A stretch of DNA of 64,000 nt from NCBI GenBank assembly GCA_016186115.1, contig JACPMK010000002.1:200983-264982 (forward strand), read 5' to 3'. Position 1 is the first letter of the stretch. Every line of letters begins with the position of its first letter. The notes under the pieces were generated by a model. The model was not told the DNA's origin. It searched no databases and saw only the letters and a list, made by a program, of their open reading frames with translations. Position numbers and translations under genes: made by a program. Source of the stretch: Candidatus Wildermuthbacteria bacterium. GTDB lineage: Bacteria > Patescibacteriota > Minisyncoccia > Minisyncoccales > UBA10102. Below are positions 29,066 to 39,292 of this stretch, piece by piece.

Positions 29066-30242
29066 TTTTCTCTACCTTTTCTGGAGTTGGGGATGAGGAG
29101 AGTTTTCGCAAAATATTCCTTGCATTTGCTTCTGCTGCTGTTGCCTGGCCAAATGCCTCGCCGTACTTCATTTGAGCAAATGCTTCTTTTGCTTTTTGAA
29201 GATGCTGCTCTACGCCAGCTTGCAAAACCTTCATTGACTGCGGAACTTCCTTTAACTCACTCATTTTCTTCTTTGCTTCTGCCAATTTCTCCTCTGCATG
29301 TTCTATTTGTTCTGCCGCTTTCGACTTTCTCTCGGCTTCATCCCCCAACTTCTCTTCTACCTGTTTTTTTGCCCTTTCAATAGCTTCTCCTGCACCAGTC
29401 GAAACATTCTTTTTTATCTCTTCAAGAATTACGGCTCTTTTCGCCGGATCGCCCGGAATACGCTTGACCATCTCCGATAACCCCTCTACGCTTTTATCTC
29501 CTTTCGCAGCCTTTTCTTCTATTTTCTCTTCCAAGCGATCCTGCAGTTCGATTCGCAACTCTTCGAGTCGCTCTTTTTTCTCTGCAGGCAAATTGGGAGC
29601 AATGCGATCGATCATCTCAATAGCGCGCAATTCTTTTAATGCGCTGCCCTTTGATTTTTCAAATGCATTTTTCATTCTCTGCTGAAACTTTTGTGAAGTA
29701 TCTTTTTCGGCTGCTTTCTCAATCGTATCCGCGATCTTTTCTTTTACTGCCTCTAATGATGCTGCACGGTCTTGATGCTTTTCTTGCAATTGTTCGAAAA
29801 GCTTTTCATGAACTACACTCTTTTCCGCAAGCCGATCCAGCAGCCGATCGATATTTGGATTTTGCGATGTTTCTTTCAGTGCCTCCAATCTTGCTCCCAA
29901 ACGCTCGTGGGATTTTTGATAATTCGTCAAAGCACGCGTAATCGACTTCTCATCGTTTTTTGTTTCCAAAATTTGTTTTGCTTCAGCTGCCTTTTCATCA
30001 GCAATACGCAACTCTAATTCTGCCTTCTTTTCTGAATTGAAAGTGAATATCCGCTGCAAACCCCTCCCCCATTCCTTGAAGAAATAGAGCCGACTGGTAG
30101 GAAGAGTCCCGGGATCTGTAACGCCTAAATCTGCATTGGTTATTGTTTCTTCCTGAACCGCTGTTTGCACTTCTACATCCGCAAACGCAATTCCCACGAA
30201 CATAAAAACTCCTACGAAAACAAAAAGAAAATATGCCTTCAT
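29052..30242 (-). CDS. secreted coiled-coil protein (DUF5667-like)
   Basis: Signal peptide; PGTLPTSRLYFFKEWGR motif; long E/K-rich helices. Confidence 0.7.
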   Translation of the reverse strand: MKAYFLFVFVGVFMFVGIAFADVEVQTAVQEETITNADLGVTDPGTLPTSRLYFFKEWGRGLQRIFTFNSEKKAELELRIADEKAAEAKQILETKNDEKSITRALTNYQKSHERLGARLEALKETSQNPNIDRLLDRLAEKSVVHEKLFEQLQEKHQDRAASLEAVKEKIADTIEKAAEKDTSQKFQQRMKNAFEKSKGSALKELRAIEMIDRIAPNLPAEKKERLEELRIELQDRLEEKIEEKAAKGDKSVEGLSEMVKRIPGDPAKRAVILEEIKKNVSTGAGEAIERAKKQVEEKLGDEAERKSKAAEQIEHAEEKLAEAKKKMSELKEVPQSMKVLQAGVEQHLQKAKEAFAQMKYGEAFGQATAAEANARNILRKLSSSPTPEKVEKNENE

Positions 30243-30256
30243 AATTTTATTATTAG

Positions 30257-30493
30257 CTACTTCACCTCTTGTTTTTTAAAAATGGCGAACTTTCCTTTGC
30301 TGAAGACAAAGATATACAAAATCTCAAGAATCGCAAAAGTGTTTAAAATAAGAATTGCAATAAACCAAATTTTTTCTTCGCGATGAGCTGCTTTCCATAG
30401 GGCAATTCCTTTCCAAGGCAATGTCCATAGCGCAATAACGAGAAGAACGAGAGAATCCGCCCACGAATTCACAAAAGATAATTGCTGCGACAT
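30257..30493 (-). CDS. small membrane protein (DUF5652-like)
   Basis: WKGIALWKAA..WFIAILILNTFAILEILYIF. Confidence 0.8.
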   Translation of the reverse strand: MSQQLSFVNSWADSLVLLVIALWTLPWKGIALWKAAHREEKIWFIAILILNTFAILEILYIFVFSKGKFAIFKKQEVK

Positions 30494-30505
30494 ATATGTA
30501 CAAAA

Positions 30506-30994
30506 TTATCTGATAGGAGAAGATTGAGGAATTGCCGGTGCCGCACTTTCGACAGAAATCCGAACTTGTCTCGTAAAGCACTGCCGCCCTATTCCGTGAT
30601 CCCACGACTCTTCAAAAAATGGTTTTGGCATGCCCATTTCTTCTGCTTCTGACGATGTATCAGTTGCAAATGCCGCACAGAGCTCATAGGTAGTGGCATT
30701 CTGAACGCGATATTCATACAGTTCACCTGTTAAGGGATCCCTTATGGATGACACATACGTATAGGGCTGCTGATTTCTTAAATCCTCCAAGCTCGAAGGG
30801 AGCTCTTTGTTCCGTTGCCAATAAGAGTCGATCGCATAGGAAATACCCTGAAGATCAGAAATCCTTCGCTGGTCGAATTGAACTGCGCGTTGTTGAGAGG
30901 GCGAGCCAACCAAAACAAGCCCGTATACTACCGCGCCAACGACAAGTACGATCACGACGACAAAAAATATTTTTAGCCAAAGAGGAGTTCTCAT
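30506..30994 (-). CDS. membrane-anchored hypothetical protein
   Basis: TM helix, GSP..DQRRISDL, DPLTG.YEY, YELCAAF; coupled to the upstream gene. Confidence 0.75.
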   Translation of the reverse strand: MRTPLWLKIFFVVVIVLVVGAVVYGLVLVGSPSQQRAVQFDQRRISDLQGISYAIDSYWQRNKELPSSLEDLRNQQPYTYVSSIRDPLTGELYEYRVQNATTYELCAAFATDTSSEAEEMGMPKPFFEESWDHGIGRQCFTRQVRISVESAAPAIPQSSPIR

Positions 30995-31629
30995 ACGGCT
31001 ATTTCTTCTTTTTCTGCTTGTCTTAATTTCCAAAGGTAATATCCAAAAATACTTCCCGTAATCACGAGCACGGTCAAGGCCTTGAGAGTAAAGCGAGGGG
31101 TCAGTTCTCCGCCCAAAAGATTTGTCAAAAGCGTAATGAGATCGCCAATGATAATTCCGGCTCCGATAACCAGAGTAAGATATGTCAGCCATTTTGCGAT
31201 CCTCGATTTCTTTCGTTCGGGATCCCGTGCTTCGCTTTTGGTAAGCTGCCAGATTAAAGCCAAATAGATCGGAAACGCAACAATAATAGCGGAGATGGCT
31301 GCCCGCAAACCCGAAGAGTAAAATCTCCCTCCCACAGCCAATGGATCTGGAAATGCCCTGTCGATAAAAGCAAAAACAAGCGCCCCAAAGCTAAACGCCG
31401 TAATGTAGAGGGTGATAAAAGAAACGAGATAGAGAAATGCTTCCCTTGCCTGAAGATAGGGCTTGGGTTTGGGGACTGGCACAGGAAAATTCAATTCGGC
31501 AAAAGAGGACAATGCTTGTTTCACTTCTTCCTTTTGCCACCCGGCCCTGATTAATGCCTCTTCAATTTCTCTTCTTCCAGCCCCTTTTTCTAAGGATTCT
31601 TTTACGAATATATAGAGTTCGTTAGTCAT
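30991..31629 (-). CDS. DUF5671-like membrane protein
   Basis: AREAFLYL, RIAKWLTYLTL, GELTPRF; four TM helices. Confidence 0.75.
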   Translation of the reverse strand: MTNELYIFVKESLEKGAGRREIEEALIRAGWQKEEVKQALSSFAELNFPVPVPKPKPYLQAREAFLYLVSFITLYITAFSFGALVFAFIDRAFPDPLAVGGRFYSSGLRAAISAIIVAFPIYLALIWQLTKSEARDPERKKSRIAKWLTYLTLVIGAGIIIGDLITLLTNLLGGELTPRFTLKALTVLVITGSIFGYYLWKLRQAEKEEIAV

Positions 31630-31639
31630 AAAATTAAAA

Positions 31640-33361
31640 TCAGTCCTGAATAAATAGCACTTGAGCCATAAACCGCAGAGCTTTTCTTAAGATACTCTGC
31701 GATTGCGGCTGTTCTTGAGGCGCAGATGGTGCCTGCTCCTCTGCTGGAGGAGGCGCTACTTCTTGTGGTTGAAGTTGCTCTTGGGGTTGCTCTTGAAATT
31801 GGAGAGGTGCTTGCATCTCTTGCTGCTCTTGAGGAAATCCTTGATTCATCATTTGTTCTTTGCATTCTTCTTCTGAAGTGCACCCTCCCGGACCCTGAAA
31901 CGGCACGGGCATATTTTCGGGAGGCCTGTTTTCGCCCTCCATTTCATGCCTTTCTTCTCTTGGCCCCATTTCCTCACGAAATTCCTGCGGCATTTGTTCT
32001 CCTCCTTGCGAACCTCCGAAATTCATGCACGTTTCCTGATTCGCGGAATCAGAACAAAATGCTCTACACTCTTCTTCTGACGTACAGCCACCCGGCCCAG
32101 TGAAGCCCGGCGGCATTTGCCCTTCGCCTCCAGCGCCGGGAGGCATCGGCCCCTCCCCGTTTGGACCTTGCTGGGGCATAAATTGCTCAAAACATACTCT
32201 CATCTGATCCCCTATTTGAGAGCCCGGAAGCAAGGTTCCTGCCTGAATTTTCTCTATTGTTTCTGTGCCCAAAGAATCGCGAAGACAATTGGTAACTTCA
32301 GGCGGCGCGTTTTGCAGTCCTTCTTTCAAGCTGCTCATGCCTTCTTGCATTTTCTGCAATTCTTCTTCTGAAATGAGGCCGTGCTCTTTTGCAAAATTGA
32401 AACATGTCTCTTGATTTGCAGGATCATTACAAAATGCTTCGCATTCTTCCTTGCCCTTGCAATCGCCCGGCCCTTTGCCACCGGTTTTCTTAAACATTTC
32501 GAGTTCTTCCTGTGTCATAAAACCTGCCTTTGCAGCAAACTCTGCGCATTCTTCTATATTTGCATCCTCTGAGCAATATGCCTCACACTCCTTTTTTTCT
32601 CTACACCCTCCAGGCATTTCTCCGCTTATCATCAAGGGAAGAATTTTCCGTGCTTCGGCAGCCTCTTCGGCAGAAATGAAGCCGGCTTGTTCTGCGAAAT
32701 TCAGACATGCTTCCATATTGGTGGGCTCGGCACAATATGCCTCACACTCATTCTTGGTTCTGCATCCGCCCGGCAATTGCGCGCCCGCCTCCAGAGCCGC
32801 AGCCACCTGTCTTGCCTCCTGTAGTTCTTCCGGGGGAATCAAACCTGCCTTTTCCGCAAAATCCAAACACTCTCCTATATGTGTACCATCCTCACAATAT
32901 GCATCGCATTCCTCTTTTGTGCGACATCCGCCCGGCAATTGCGCGCCTTCTTGAAGGACTTTTGCCACTGCTCTCGCCTCCTCTATCTCTTTAGACGACA
33001 ATAACCCATTCTCACTTGCAAAAACGAGGCATTCTTCAATATTGGAAATATCTTCACAATATCCTTCACATTCCTCTCGGCTCTTGCAGCCGCCGGGTCC
33101 TTCCTTTACTGCATCTACAATTTTTGCCTTTTCAATCTCATCTTCAGAAAGAAGACCGTGCTTTTCGGCAAAATCAAGACATGCTGTTTTATTGTCGGGA
33201 TTGTCGCAATAGCTCTTGCATTCTTCCTGATTGGCACAGTTGCCAAGTTCTTCAATAGGATAGAGAATATCATCTTGACTTTGGGCAAAAGCAATATATC
33301 CTGCGAACAACCCAAAGCTCAAAAGCATGAATGAAATAAAATAAATAAAGCGTGAATTCAT
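31640..33361 (-). CDS. secreted cysteine-rich repeat protein
   Basis: Signal peptide; repeated PGGCxxxxECxxYC...CxxFA units; Q/P/E-rich tail. Confidence 0.85.
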   Translation of the reverse strand: MNSRFIYFISFMLLSFGLFAGYIAFAQSQDDILYPIEELGNCANQEECKSYCDNPDNKTACLDFAEKHGLLSEDEIEKAKIVDAVKEGPGGCKSREECEGYCEDISNIEECLVFASENGLLSSKEIEEARAVAKVLQEGAQLPGGCRTKEECDAYCEDGTHIGECLDFAEKAGLIPPEELQEARQVAAALEAGAQLPGGCRTKNECEAYCAEPTNMEACLNFAEQAGFISAEEAAEARKILPLMISGEMPGGCREKKECEAYCSEDANIEECAEFAAKAGFMTQEELEMFKKTGGKGPGDCKGKEECEAFCNDPANQETCFNFAKEHGLISEEELQKMQEGMSSLKEGLQNAPPEVTNCLRDSLGTETIEKIQAGTLLPGSQIGDQMRVCFEQFMPQQGPNGEGPMPPGAGGEGQMPPGFTGPGGCTSEEECRAFCSDSANQETCMNFGGSQGGEQMPQEFREEMGPREERHEMEGENRPPENMPVPFQGPGGCTSEEECKEQMMNQGFPQEQQEMQAPLQFQEQPQEQLQPQEVAPPPAEEQAPSAPQEQPQSQSILRKALRFMAQVLFIQD

Positions 33362-33367
33362 ACAATA

Positions 33368-33652
33368 CTACTTTTCAAAAGGATTGGTATAGGTATCTTT
33401 GAAGGGATTGGTTTTTGCCTCGCCAAAAGGATTGGTTTTTGCATCGAAGGGGTTTGTTTCGGGAATTTTTTCTCCGGGATTTTGCACCTGCTGATAAATT
33501 TCACTCCCTAATCCTCTGGCTGGCGCTTGAGGAGAAGCAGCTGGTGCTTTCTCGCTTTTAGAACGAATAAAAAACGCGTAATAAAGCGCTGCGGTAGCCA
33601 ATAGGATAACAAAAACAAGAAAGAGAAGGAAAAAAATCTTTTTCTTCGCCAT
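33368..33652 (-). CDS. small membrane-anchored protein with TNPF repeats
   Basis: N-terminal TM; four TNPF motifs at the C-terminus. Confidence 0.75.
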   Translation of the reverse strand: MAKKKIFFLLFLVFVILLATAALYYAFFIRSKSEKAPAASPQAPARGLGSEIYQQVQNPGEKIPETNPFDAKTNPFGEAKTNPFKDTYTNPFEK

Positions 33653-33708
33653 AGTACATTATACCTATTCTCTTTAGCTCAAGCGAATGTACTTTTCCAC
33701 AAGGCACT

Positions 33709-34674
33709 TTAAGCAATGAGGCGTTTAAATTCCTCGACCATGGGGACTTTTTCTGGCTCTACCCCGTAATAAAGAGCAAGGTGGTATGCTGCCCAATCAG
33801 CGCAAAGCAATGAAGAAAAAGTTCTTTCCATCGTGGAAAGGCCCTCCATGTTTATATTTTCCACCGACAATCCCCTTGCTGCGTAAAGTTTTTGAAGAAT
33901 ATCCATTCTCTTGAGAATTTTCGGATGATCCAAGCGATCCCGAAGAATAATGCAATAAAAATTATGGGAAAGTTGTCTCGTGTTTTCTTTCGCGTCAAAT
34001 CCAGTCATTTCGTTGTGATTGAGTTCCGGGAATACGTTATAAAACGCAGGAATTTTTCCTGTTTCATTGAATTTAATTTTCCAGTTATAAGCAATTGCAT
34101 AATTTCGCTGGGAAGAATACATAAGAGGAATCTTCCCCTTGAGTCGCTCGGCCAATGCCTTCCCTTTCTGCTCTAGGGAATCCACTTCAAGCTTTGAGGC
34201 AAGCGCCGCGGCCTGTTCCTCAACATCTCTTTGACCCATCACGCGCGCCAATGCCTTGAAACTAAATCCGAGAGCCATACGCGGCTGAATTCCCGTATCG
34301 GGCATCTGAATAAAAGGGACACGATATTGTTTGGCAAGATCAAGCAATTGCCCCCCAATTGAAATCGCTGCTACCGGCACGCCTTTTACGATTGCTTCCC
34401 GAAAAACGCTCAAGGTCTCCTCGGTATTGCCGGAATAGGAACTGGCGATAACCAATGCCTTTTCCAAAACTTCCATTGGCCAGCTCGGAAGCCCGTAATC
34501 CTGATGCACGGATAAATCAAATCCGGGCACAATAGTTTGAAAAAGATCGCCCTGCAAATGCGATCCACCCATTCCAGCCAGAATATACTTTCCTGTTCGG
34601 CGAAGTTTATGCTCATTTTCGATAAATGGCTCCCATGCAAATTGTTTTGCAAATTCTCGTATCGCCTTTTCCAT
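33709..34674 (-). CDS. bifunctional phosphoglucose/phosphomannose isomerase
   Basis: GMGGS, SSYSGNTEET, QPR, NETGK, PELNHNE. Confidence 0.92.
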   Translation of the reverse strand: MEKAIREFAKQFAWEPFIENEHKLRRTGKYILAGMGGSHLQGDLFQTIVPGFDLSVHQDYGLPSWPMEVLEKALVIASSYSGNTEETLSVFREAIVKGVPVAAISIGGQLLDLAKQYRVPFIQMPDTGIQPRMALGFSFKALARVMGQRDVEEQAAALASKLEVDSLEQKGKALAERLKGKIPLMYSSQRNYAIAYNWKIKFNETGKIPAFYNVFPELNHNEMTGFDAKENTRQLSHNFYCIILRDRLDHPKILKRMDILQKLYAARGLSVENINMEGLSTMERTFSSLLCADWAAYHLALYYGVEPEKVPMVEEFKRLIA

Positions 34675-34706
34675 GTTTGTATTATAGCTCACCCAAAGTA
34701 AGAGCA

Positions 34707-35063
34707 CTAGCCGGTAATATTTTCGTAATGGTCGATGCGAATGAGATTGCCGCTTTCATCGAGAACGATACAAACAGCATCGATGCGATAGGGTTTGGAA
34801 ATGCGGCGTATCGCGGCATAGGCATTTGCATTACGCATCAATCTTTGCATTTTTCTATAGTTGAGTGTCTCTTCTGGCAGCCCAAATTGCTCCCCGATCT
34901 TTGTCCGCACCTCGATAAGAACGCACCATTCCTTGTTCTCGGCGACTAAATCGATCTCACCATATTTCGTATGCCAGTTCTGTTCAATAATTTTGTATCC
35001 TTTGCCGCGGATATATTTTTTTGCAAGCTCTTCTCCCCTTTTGCCTACTTCGATATGGTTCAT
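34707..35063 (-). CDS. yraN: YraN family nuclease
   Basis: GKRGEELA, GEIDLV, EVRT, RIDAV. Confidence 0.92.
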   Translation of the reverse strand: MNHIEVGKRGEELAKKYIRGKGYKIIEQNWHTKYGEIDLVAENKEWCVLIEVRTKIGEQFGLPEETLNYRKMQRLMRNANAYAAIRRISKPYRIDAVCIVLDESGNLIRIDHYENITG

Positions 35064-36595
35064 ACGGCATCGTATACTCTCGAACGATACTGAAGGGCTT
35101 CTGCAAGATGCGGGACGCCAATCGAAGACGCGCCTTCGAGATCTGCAATCGTTCTGGCGATTTTAATCAGTTTAAAGTAGCTTCTCGCCGAAACATGAAA
35201 TGCCGCAGCCGCTTTTGCCAGCATCTGCTGCGCTTCCAAAGGAAGAGAGCAATGCTTTTTGATATGAACATTTTTCATTTCGGCATTGGTATGAATACGA
35301 TCGCTATGAAATCTTTTTTCTTGGAGATGCCGGGCTTTCATGACTCTGTCTTTGATGACATCTGACGCTTCAACGAATTTTGCCGCCCGGCTGTCTTGGG
35401 CGAGATCGCGAATGTCAACATCGGGAACCTCAATGTGAATATCGATCCGATCGAGAATGGGCCCGGAAACGCGTTTTCGATATCGTTCGATTTCCCTTGG
35501 CGAACAAATGCACGGCTTCTTTGAATGATTCAGATAGCCGCACGGGCAGGGATTTGCCGAAGCAACAAGCATAAATCTGCTGGGGTATGTAACCCGTTCT
35601 CTGCTGCGGGAAATGGTCACTTCGCCATCTTCCAATGGCTGTCGCAACGATTCCAATACAGACCGCGGAAATTCGTTGAACTCGTCAAGAAAAAGCACGC
35701 CACGGTGAGAGAGGGTAATTTCTCCGGGCTGTGGTCTGCTCCCTCCGCCCGTAAGCCCGATCTGGGAAATGGTATGGTGAGGCGCGCGGAAAGGTCGCAG
35801 TCGAACCAACGAACCTCCGGGCGGAATAATGCCAGCAGCAGAACAAATTTTCGTGACTTCGAGCGACTCTTCTTCGGAAAGCAACGGCAAAATCCCGGGA
35901 ATTGCTCTTGCGAGCATGGTTTTCCCTGCGCCCGGACTCCCCATCAAAAGAATATTGTGGCCGCCTGCTGCTGCAATTTCTACTGCTCGTTTTGCTTTTT
36001 CCTGCCCCAAAATCTCCTCCATATTAAATTCTGCCTGCGGAATTATCTCTGAAAAATCATCTTGATATTCGATGGGGCTAATTTCATTCTCCCCCTTGAG
36101 ATGAACAACAATTTCCTGCAAATTCTCCACGGGATGAACATGAATTCCGCGAATAATTGCTGCTTCGTTCGCAGATGGAAGTGGCAGAAAAAGATGTTCA
36201 AAACCCGCTTTTCTCGCAAAAAGCGCAAAAAGCAAAGCGCCCTTTGTATGGCGCAACGAACCATCGAGAGATACCTCACCGAAAAATAAACTTCTGGACG
36301 GAATCTCGAATTGCAATATTGCTGCCAATATCCCAACCGCAATCGGAAGATCGTAAAAAGAACCTTCTTTGGGAATATCAGCCGGGGCCAAGTTCACCGT
36401 AATTTTCTTTTGCGGAAATTCAACGCCAGAATTAATGATCGCGGTGCGCACCCGCTCTTTGCTTTCGTCAACTGCCTTATCGGGCAATCCGACAATATCA
36501 AAACCTGGCAATCCTCTGTTTGCAAGATTTATTTCTACCTCCACCCCAATAGAATCCAGTCCAAAATGCGAAGCCGAGGGAACCTTGATCAACAC
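35060..36595 (-). CDS. comM: YifB/ComM Mg-chelatase-like AAA+ ATPase
   Basis: VGLPDKAVDESKERV, GSPGAGKTM, GVLFLDE, NPCPCG. Confidence 0.95.
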   Translation of the reverse strand: MLIKVPSASHFGLDSIGVEVEINLANRGLPGFDIVGLPDKAVDESKERVRTAIINSGVEFPQKKITVNLAPADIPKEGSFYDLPIAVGILAAILQFEIPSRSLFFGEVSLDGSLRHTKGALLFALFARKAGFEHLFLPLPSANEAAIIRGIHVHPVENLQEIVVHLKGENEISPIEYQDDFSEIIPQAEFNMEEILGQEKAKRAVEIAAAGGHNILLMGSPGAGKTMLARAIPGILPLLSEEESLEVTKICSAAGIIPPGGSLVRLRPFRAPHHTISQIGLTGGGSRPQPGEITLSHRGVLFLDEFNEFPRSVLESLRQPLEDGEVTISRSRERVTYPSRFMLVASANPCPCGYLNHSKKPCICSPREIERYRKRVSGPILDRIDIHIEVPDVDIRDLAQDSRAAKFVEASDVIKDRVMKARHLQEKRFHSDRIHTNAEMKNVHIKKHCSLPLEAQQMLAKAAAAFHVSARSYFKLIKIARTIADLEGASSIGVPHLAEALQYRSRVYDAV

Positions 36596-36657
36596 AGTAT
36601 TTAGTATCTAGTATTTAGTAGAAAAACAAAGAGCGAGAACCGCCTCTGACGTGGCGA

Positions 36658-36756
36658 GAGTAATTGATTTTTTCGCAGACGCGTAGGTGCCCACGTTGAG
36701 TTCCGCCGCAGGCGGAGCGAAATGTGGGGTAAAGCGCAAGAAAAAATAAATTACTC
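36658..36756. repeat. ~100-bp imperfect palindrome (MITE/REP-like)
   Basis: Arms GAGTAATTGATTTTTTC / GAAAAAATAAATTACTC with inner CCGCCGCAGGCGG. Confidence 0.6.
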
Positions 36757-36782
36757 GAGCTATCAATTCTTGATATGAGCTA

Positions 36783-37676
36783 TCAATTCTTGATATAATA
36801 CTTTCCATTCTCTTCGGCGATCAGACCATTCAATTGCATTAAAGAAAGCACCGTGCCGATTTGAGCGGCAGAAATTCCAAGCGTTCGCGCAAGATTGTCA
36901 ATTTCCATCGGCTCTCTTTGTAAATATTCAAGGATATTTCGCTCGATTTTTTTCTGCGGCGTGTCGCGCTCCGGAGCTACAGCTTTTTCTCTTCCTTGCG
37001 CTCTTTGCGAAAGTTCCGGCACGTTTTCTTTGTACCACGAAATAATCCTTTGGGCATTTTTTACTACGGTCGCTCCCTCTTCCAAAAGTTTTAGAGTTCC
37101 TTGCGAAACACTGCTGGTTACAGGGCCGGGAACTGCAAAAAGTTTTCTGTGAAATTTCTTTGCAAAATTTGCTGTAATTAAAGATCCGCTTTTCTCCCCT
37201 GCTTCAATCACTAATGTTGCTTGGGATAATCCCGCAATAATTCGATTCCTGCGCGGAAAACTCCACAATGTTGGAACGAAACCACCCTCGTATTCAGAAA
37301 CAATAAGACCATCTTGCTTCATAATTGCTTCATACAAATCCTTTTGATACTCGGGATGAATAACATCGATACCGCAGGGCATGACTGCAATTGTTTTCCC
37401 TCCCACGCCCACAGCCGACTTGTGCGCGGTGGCATCAACCCCATACATAAACCCAGAGACAATCGTAACGCCAGCCGCGGCAATTTCTCCCACCAGTTCC
37501 TCGGCAACTCTTTTCCCATATCCTGTCATTCTTCTTGTCCCCACCACCGCGAGACATGCCCGAAACAATGACGGATCCCATGTGCCTTTGTAATACAATT
37601 TTTTCGGCGCGTCAGAAATTGTTTTCAACAACGCAGGATACCGTTCATCTTCTTTCGCAACAACACCTCTGTTCAT
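36783..37676 (-). CDS. dprA: DNA-processing protein DprA
   Basis: AVVGTR, IVSGFMYGVDATAH, FPRRNRIIAGLS, EAGEKSGSLITA. Confidence 0.96.
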   Translation of the reverse strand: MNRGVVAKEDERYPALLKTISDAPKKLYYKGTWDPSLFRACLAVVGTRRMTGYGKRVAEELVGEIAAAGVTIVSGFMYGVDATAHKSAVGVGGKTIAVMPCGIDVIHPEYQKDLYEAIMKQDGLIVSEYEGGFVPTLWSFPRRNRIIAGLSQATLVIEAGEKSGSLITANFAKKFHRKLFAVPGPVTSSVSQGTLKLLEEGATVVKNAQRIISWYKENVPELSQRAQGREKAVAPERDTPQKKIERNILEYLQREPMEIDNLARTLGISAAQIGTVLSLMQLNGLIAEENGKYYIKN

Positions 37677-38620
37677 TTGCCTAACAATACATCAATGATG
37701 TTTTTTGCGGCGAGCTCTGACATTTTGGAACGGGCTTCGAAAGTTGCGGAAGCGATATGAGGAGTAAGCACAACATTGGAAATTCTTCTTAACCCTGAAG
37801 TAATTGCCGGCTCATTTTCGAATACGTCGAGCGCTGCTCCCGCAATCCATTTCTGTTCCAAAGCCGTGAGAAGGGCTTTTTCATTAACCACTGGTCCCCG
37901 CGCAGTGTTGATAAGATATGAGGTTGGTTTCATCATTTTCAATTGCTGTTCCCCTATCAAATGACGAGTTTCAGGAAGCAATGGAACATGAATGCTCACG
38001 ACATCGGACTGCTGCAGCAATTCCTCAATAGAAGCGTACTTTGCATTGCACGCCTTCTCAACTTCTGCCCTTGGATTTTTGTCATAATACAATATGCGCA
38101 TTCCGAATGCCAGAAACATTTTTTTTGCCACTTCAAAACCAATTCTTCCGCACCCCAAAATCCCAAGCGTTTTCTCTTGGAGCTCTGCTCCCAAAAACAA
38201 TTCCGGCTCCCATCCTTTGTACTTTCCCGCTCGGGTAAAGGCGTCTGCCTCAACAATTCTTCTCGCAATCGCCAGGATCAAAGCAACCGCATGCCCCGCG
38301 ACTGCTTCGGTAAGCACATCCGGAGTATTGCCCACAATAATATTTCTCTTTTTTGCCTCGTCCAATGCAATATTGTCTAACCCGACCGCATAATTGGAAA
38401 TGACCTTCAGCTGTGGCCCGATTGCATCCATAACCTCGCCATCAATTTTATCGGTCAGCAAACAAAGAAGCGCATCTGCCCCGGTTGCTTTTTGCATAAT
38501 ATCTTTTTGCGACGGGCTCTTATTCCCCGACCAAACTTCAACGTCATATCCCCGCTGTTTTAACATCGCAATGCCCTGCCCCGGAATCTTTCTCGTAACA
38601 AATACCCGAAATGTTTTCAT
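37673..38620 (-). CDS. D-glycerate dehydrogenase / glyoxylate reductase
   Basis: NYAVGLDNI, GCGRIG, INTARG, ALDVFENEP, PHIASAT. Confidence 0.92.
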   Translation of the reverse strand: MKTFRVFVTRKIPGQGIAMLKQRGYDVEVWSGNKSPSQKDIMQKATGADALLCLLTDKIDGEVMDAIGPQLKVISNYAVGLDNIALDEAKKRNIIVGNTPDVLTEAVAGHAVALILAIARRIVEADAFTRAGKYKGWEPELFLGAELQEKTLGILGCGRIGFEVAKKMFLAFGMRILYYDKNPRAEVEKACNAKYASIEELLQQSDVVSIHVPLLPETRHLIGEQQLKMMKPTSYLINTARGPVVNEKALLTALEQKWIAGAALDVFENEPAITSGLRRISNVVLTPHIASATFEARSKMSELAAKNIIDVLLGK

Positions 38621-38636
38621 TGTTTTGGAAATTTCT

Positions 38637-39278
38637 TTAGTAATACACTTTATTCTCCAAATATTCCAGAAAAGATTTATATTCCTCTTTTTGAAGATTC
38701 GAGGAATACTCACGCGAAAGAACTTTTTGTTTATTTATGCATGCCTTATCCATCTGATCTTTTTCTATCACGGTAAATTTCTCTCGTACGGAAGCGCTAT
38801 ATAAATGAAAGGTTGTCGTACATTGCGTACATGGATTTGTGCAACTGCGCGCTGCCCAGTAGACCTCTTCTTTTTTGTCGCCATTCACATCTTCCACCGA
38901 AGGGCCGTTATAGTCCTTGGCAAATTCATCCTGCACCACAATCTTGCCATTTTCATCAAAAATATAGAGCACGCGCTTTTGCGGCGGAGTAGCAGTCGCG
39001 GTTCCGCAGAACATAAGGTCACCGGCTCCACCAGGAGATTGATTGGCAAACCGGATGGGTACAAGGCCAAGCACGTCAAGATTATTCTCTTTGCAAATAG
39101 TGCTCGGATTTTTTCCTGCATTCTGCGCAGTTGGCAATACTACTGTATTTTCGATTTGGGTTGAAGTAGGAGTAGGGCTCGGCATACCGTTGCGAATCTT
39201 CAACCACAATGCATCTCCTCCAATCACAAGAAGTAAAATAATAAGAGCGCTGCCTACAATAAAAAGAGAACGTTTCAT
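38637..39278 (-). CDS. exported hypothetical protein
   Basis: N-terminal TM, PSPTPT linker, DVNGDKKEE motif, several Cys. Confidence 0.7.
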   Translation of the reverse strand: MKRSLFIVGSALIILLLVIGGDALWLKIRNGMPSPTPTSTQIENTVVLPTAQNAGKNPSTICKENNLDVLGLVPIRFANQSPGGAGDLMFCGTATATPPQKRVLYIFDENGKIVVQDEFAKDYNGPSVEDVNGDKKEEVYWAARSCTNPCTQCTTTFHLYSASVREKFTVIEKDQMDKACINKQKVLSREYSSNLQKEEYKSFLEYLENKVYY

Positions 39279-39292
39279 AAAAAGAATGAAAA

